From: a virus
Lineage: Duplodnaviria > Caudoviricetes
Reading direction: 5' to 3' (one strand)
DNA length: 64,000 nt
IMG/VR virus record: IMGVR_UViG_3300043388_000007
Span: 4,034-68,033 of that record
The notes beneath the pieces are model-generated. The model was given only the letters and a program-made list of their open reading frames with translations. It was not told the DNA's origin and made no database searches. Position numbers and translations under genes: made by a program. The first letter of the stretch is position 1. Every line of letters starts with the position of its first letter. Below are positions 63,151 through 64,000 of this stretch, in pieces.

Positions 63151-63686
63151 AGCCCGCACACGTCTTCGTGCTCGTCACGGCGCTCCACCGTCTCGCACTC
63201 CTTGCCACACCAGGCACAGGCCAGCAACATCTTGTCGTTCTCCCGCTTCTCCAGGATCGCCTCGGCCAGCAGCTTCTGCAACCACGTCTGGCGGTTGTGC
63301 ATCAGGCTGGCCTCGCCCAGCAGATCCACCCGCCGAGTAGAATACTCCTCCATCGCCATCGCCGTGATCCTGCCGTTCATCGCCGTGATCAGTTCGTCGT
63401 ACCCGTCCAGCATCCGGTTGTAGTGGGCGATCTTGTCCACGCCCTCCGGCGCCAACAGTTCCGCAGGAAGGTCCATAGCCTCAGATCCCCCCATCTCGTG
63501 GAAGCTCCTACCACCCTCACCCTGGCCCATCCCCACGAACGCTCCCTGGAAGAACTTGAAGTCGTTGCGGCTGAGGTCCTTCAACGCCTTGGCCACCATC
63601 TCGGGCAACAGCACCGCCCCGCCGTACTGTTCAGCGAAGAGCACCTGCTTCGCTGCGTCACGCTTCTCCTTGTCCTCCGGCCACAT
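63147..63686 (-). CDS. C-terminal C2HC zinc-finger family protein 1
   Basis: CAWCGKECETVERRDEHEDVCGL*. Confidence 0.78.
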   Translation of the reverse strand: MWPEDKEKRDAAKQVLFAEQYGGAVLLPEMVAKALKDLSRNDFKFFQGAFVGMGQGEGGRSFHEMGGSEAMDLPAELLAPEGVDKIAHYNRMLDGYDELITAMNGRITAMAMEEYSTRRVDLLGEASLMHNRQTWLQKLLAEAILEKRENDKMLLACAWCGKECETVERRDEHEDVCGL

Positions 63687-63692
63687 GCTGAC

Positions 63693-63701
63693 ATGTTAGC
63701 A
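63693..63701 (-). promoter_or_regulatory. Extended -10 promoter, leaderless start of the early array
   Basis: TGcTAACAT, 6 nt before the ATG at 63686. Confidence 0.62.
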
Positions 63702-63800
63702 GCCCTGGAGTGTGTTACTCCAGAGTTACTAGTAGCTCCCCCTCCTGGCCGATACCTATTCCATAGCCCGGTATCACCCGTTGAGCTACGGTCCACTGTC

Positions 63801-63920
63801 ATGCCTGATCAGAGCGATGATCCAAAGCAGCCCGACTACGGCATCGTGCTGTGGTGGGCCGTCGCCCTGATCATCGTCGGCATCGCCCTGATCGCCCGCT
63901 ACTGGGACCGCTTCCTGTAG
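63801..63920 (+). CDS. 39-aa single-TM peptide, divergent from the early array
   Basis: MPDQSDDPKQPDYGIVLWWAVALIIVGIALIARYWDRFL; TACGGT 8 nt upstream; terminator after. Confidence 0.62.
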   Translation: MPDQSDDPKQPDYGIVLWWAVALIIVGIALIARYWDRFL

Positions 63921-63923
63921 AAC

Positions 63924-63958
63924 GCAGGAGGCCCACCCCCGAAGGGATGGGCCTCTGC
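63924..63958. terminator. Hairpin terminator
   Basis: gaggccca...ccc-gaa-ggg...tgggcctc. Confidence 0.7.
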
Positions 63959-64000
63959 TCGGCAATCTAGGAAGTTGTGATGCTAGCGGCCCCGCCTGCG

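Larger units (their letters stand above)
1..64000 (-). mobile_element. Segment of a large contractile-tailed actinobacteriophage genome (myovirus-type)
   Basis: Terminase, portal, capsid, sheath, tube, tape measure and baseplate in canonical order; dense minus-strand ORFs with ATGA/GTGA overlaps; no host housekeeping operons; no integrase seen. Confidence 0.96.

Noticed and set aside
62708-63230. Zinc-finger 3' repeats as a diversity-generating retroelement TR/VR pair
   Set aside because: Differences are not adenine-specific and no reverse transcriptase is visible
1-64000. tRNA, tmRNA, rRNA, integrase, intron or intein
   Set aside because: No convincing T-loop/cloverleaf, recombinase, homing endonuclease or intein motifs seen by eye; terminase and capsid ORFs are uninterrupted. 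tRNAscan-SE/ARAGORN would be decisive

Overview
The whole window is a segment of a large, high-GC, contractile-tailed (myovirus-type) bacteriophage genome, most likely infecting an actinobacterium. The overall layout resembles Bxz1/E3-like myoviruses; this is recall-based and was not searched. Almost all genes are on the minus strand. In transcription order (right to left): an early region of small ORFs (64-50.5 kb) with a two-domain beta-clamp-like gene, KTSC and ParB-like genes; terminase; putative internal/head-associated proteins, a holin-like gene and a secreted LysM-like/beta-helix protein; portal, scaffold and major capsid; fibre/collagen/collar genes; neck, sheath, tube, chaperone (probable frameshift), tape measure with two peptidoglycan hydrolase domains, NlpC/P60 tube initiator and baseplate; a second accessory operon with an O-acyltransferase; then an HTH replication initiator with an internal iteron/hairpin origin candidate and a DnaC-like loader. 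No tRNA, rRNA, CRISPR array or integrase was found. Most notable unexplained signals: (1) a run of small early genes at 59-62.7 kb carrying beta-clamp-binding-like QLxLF/QLPLP peptides, in a genome that also encodes a truncated clamp retaining the peptide-pocket motifs; (2) an unannotated stand-alone cassette (promoter, RBS, 43-aa ORF, terminator) at 56992-57123 encoding a lasso/RRE-type RiPP leader with no maturases nearby; (3) about 40 dispersed copies of the 8-mer TGWGATAC; (4) three tandem genes sharing a C-terminal CAWCG..RDxHEDxCGL zinc finger. All counts are manual and no database searches were run.
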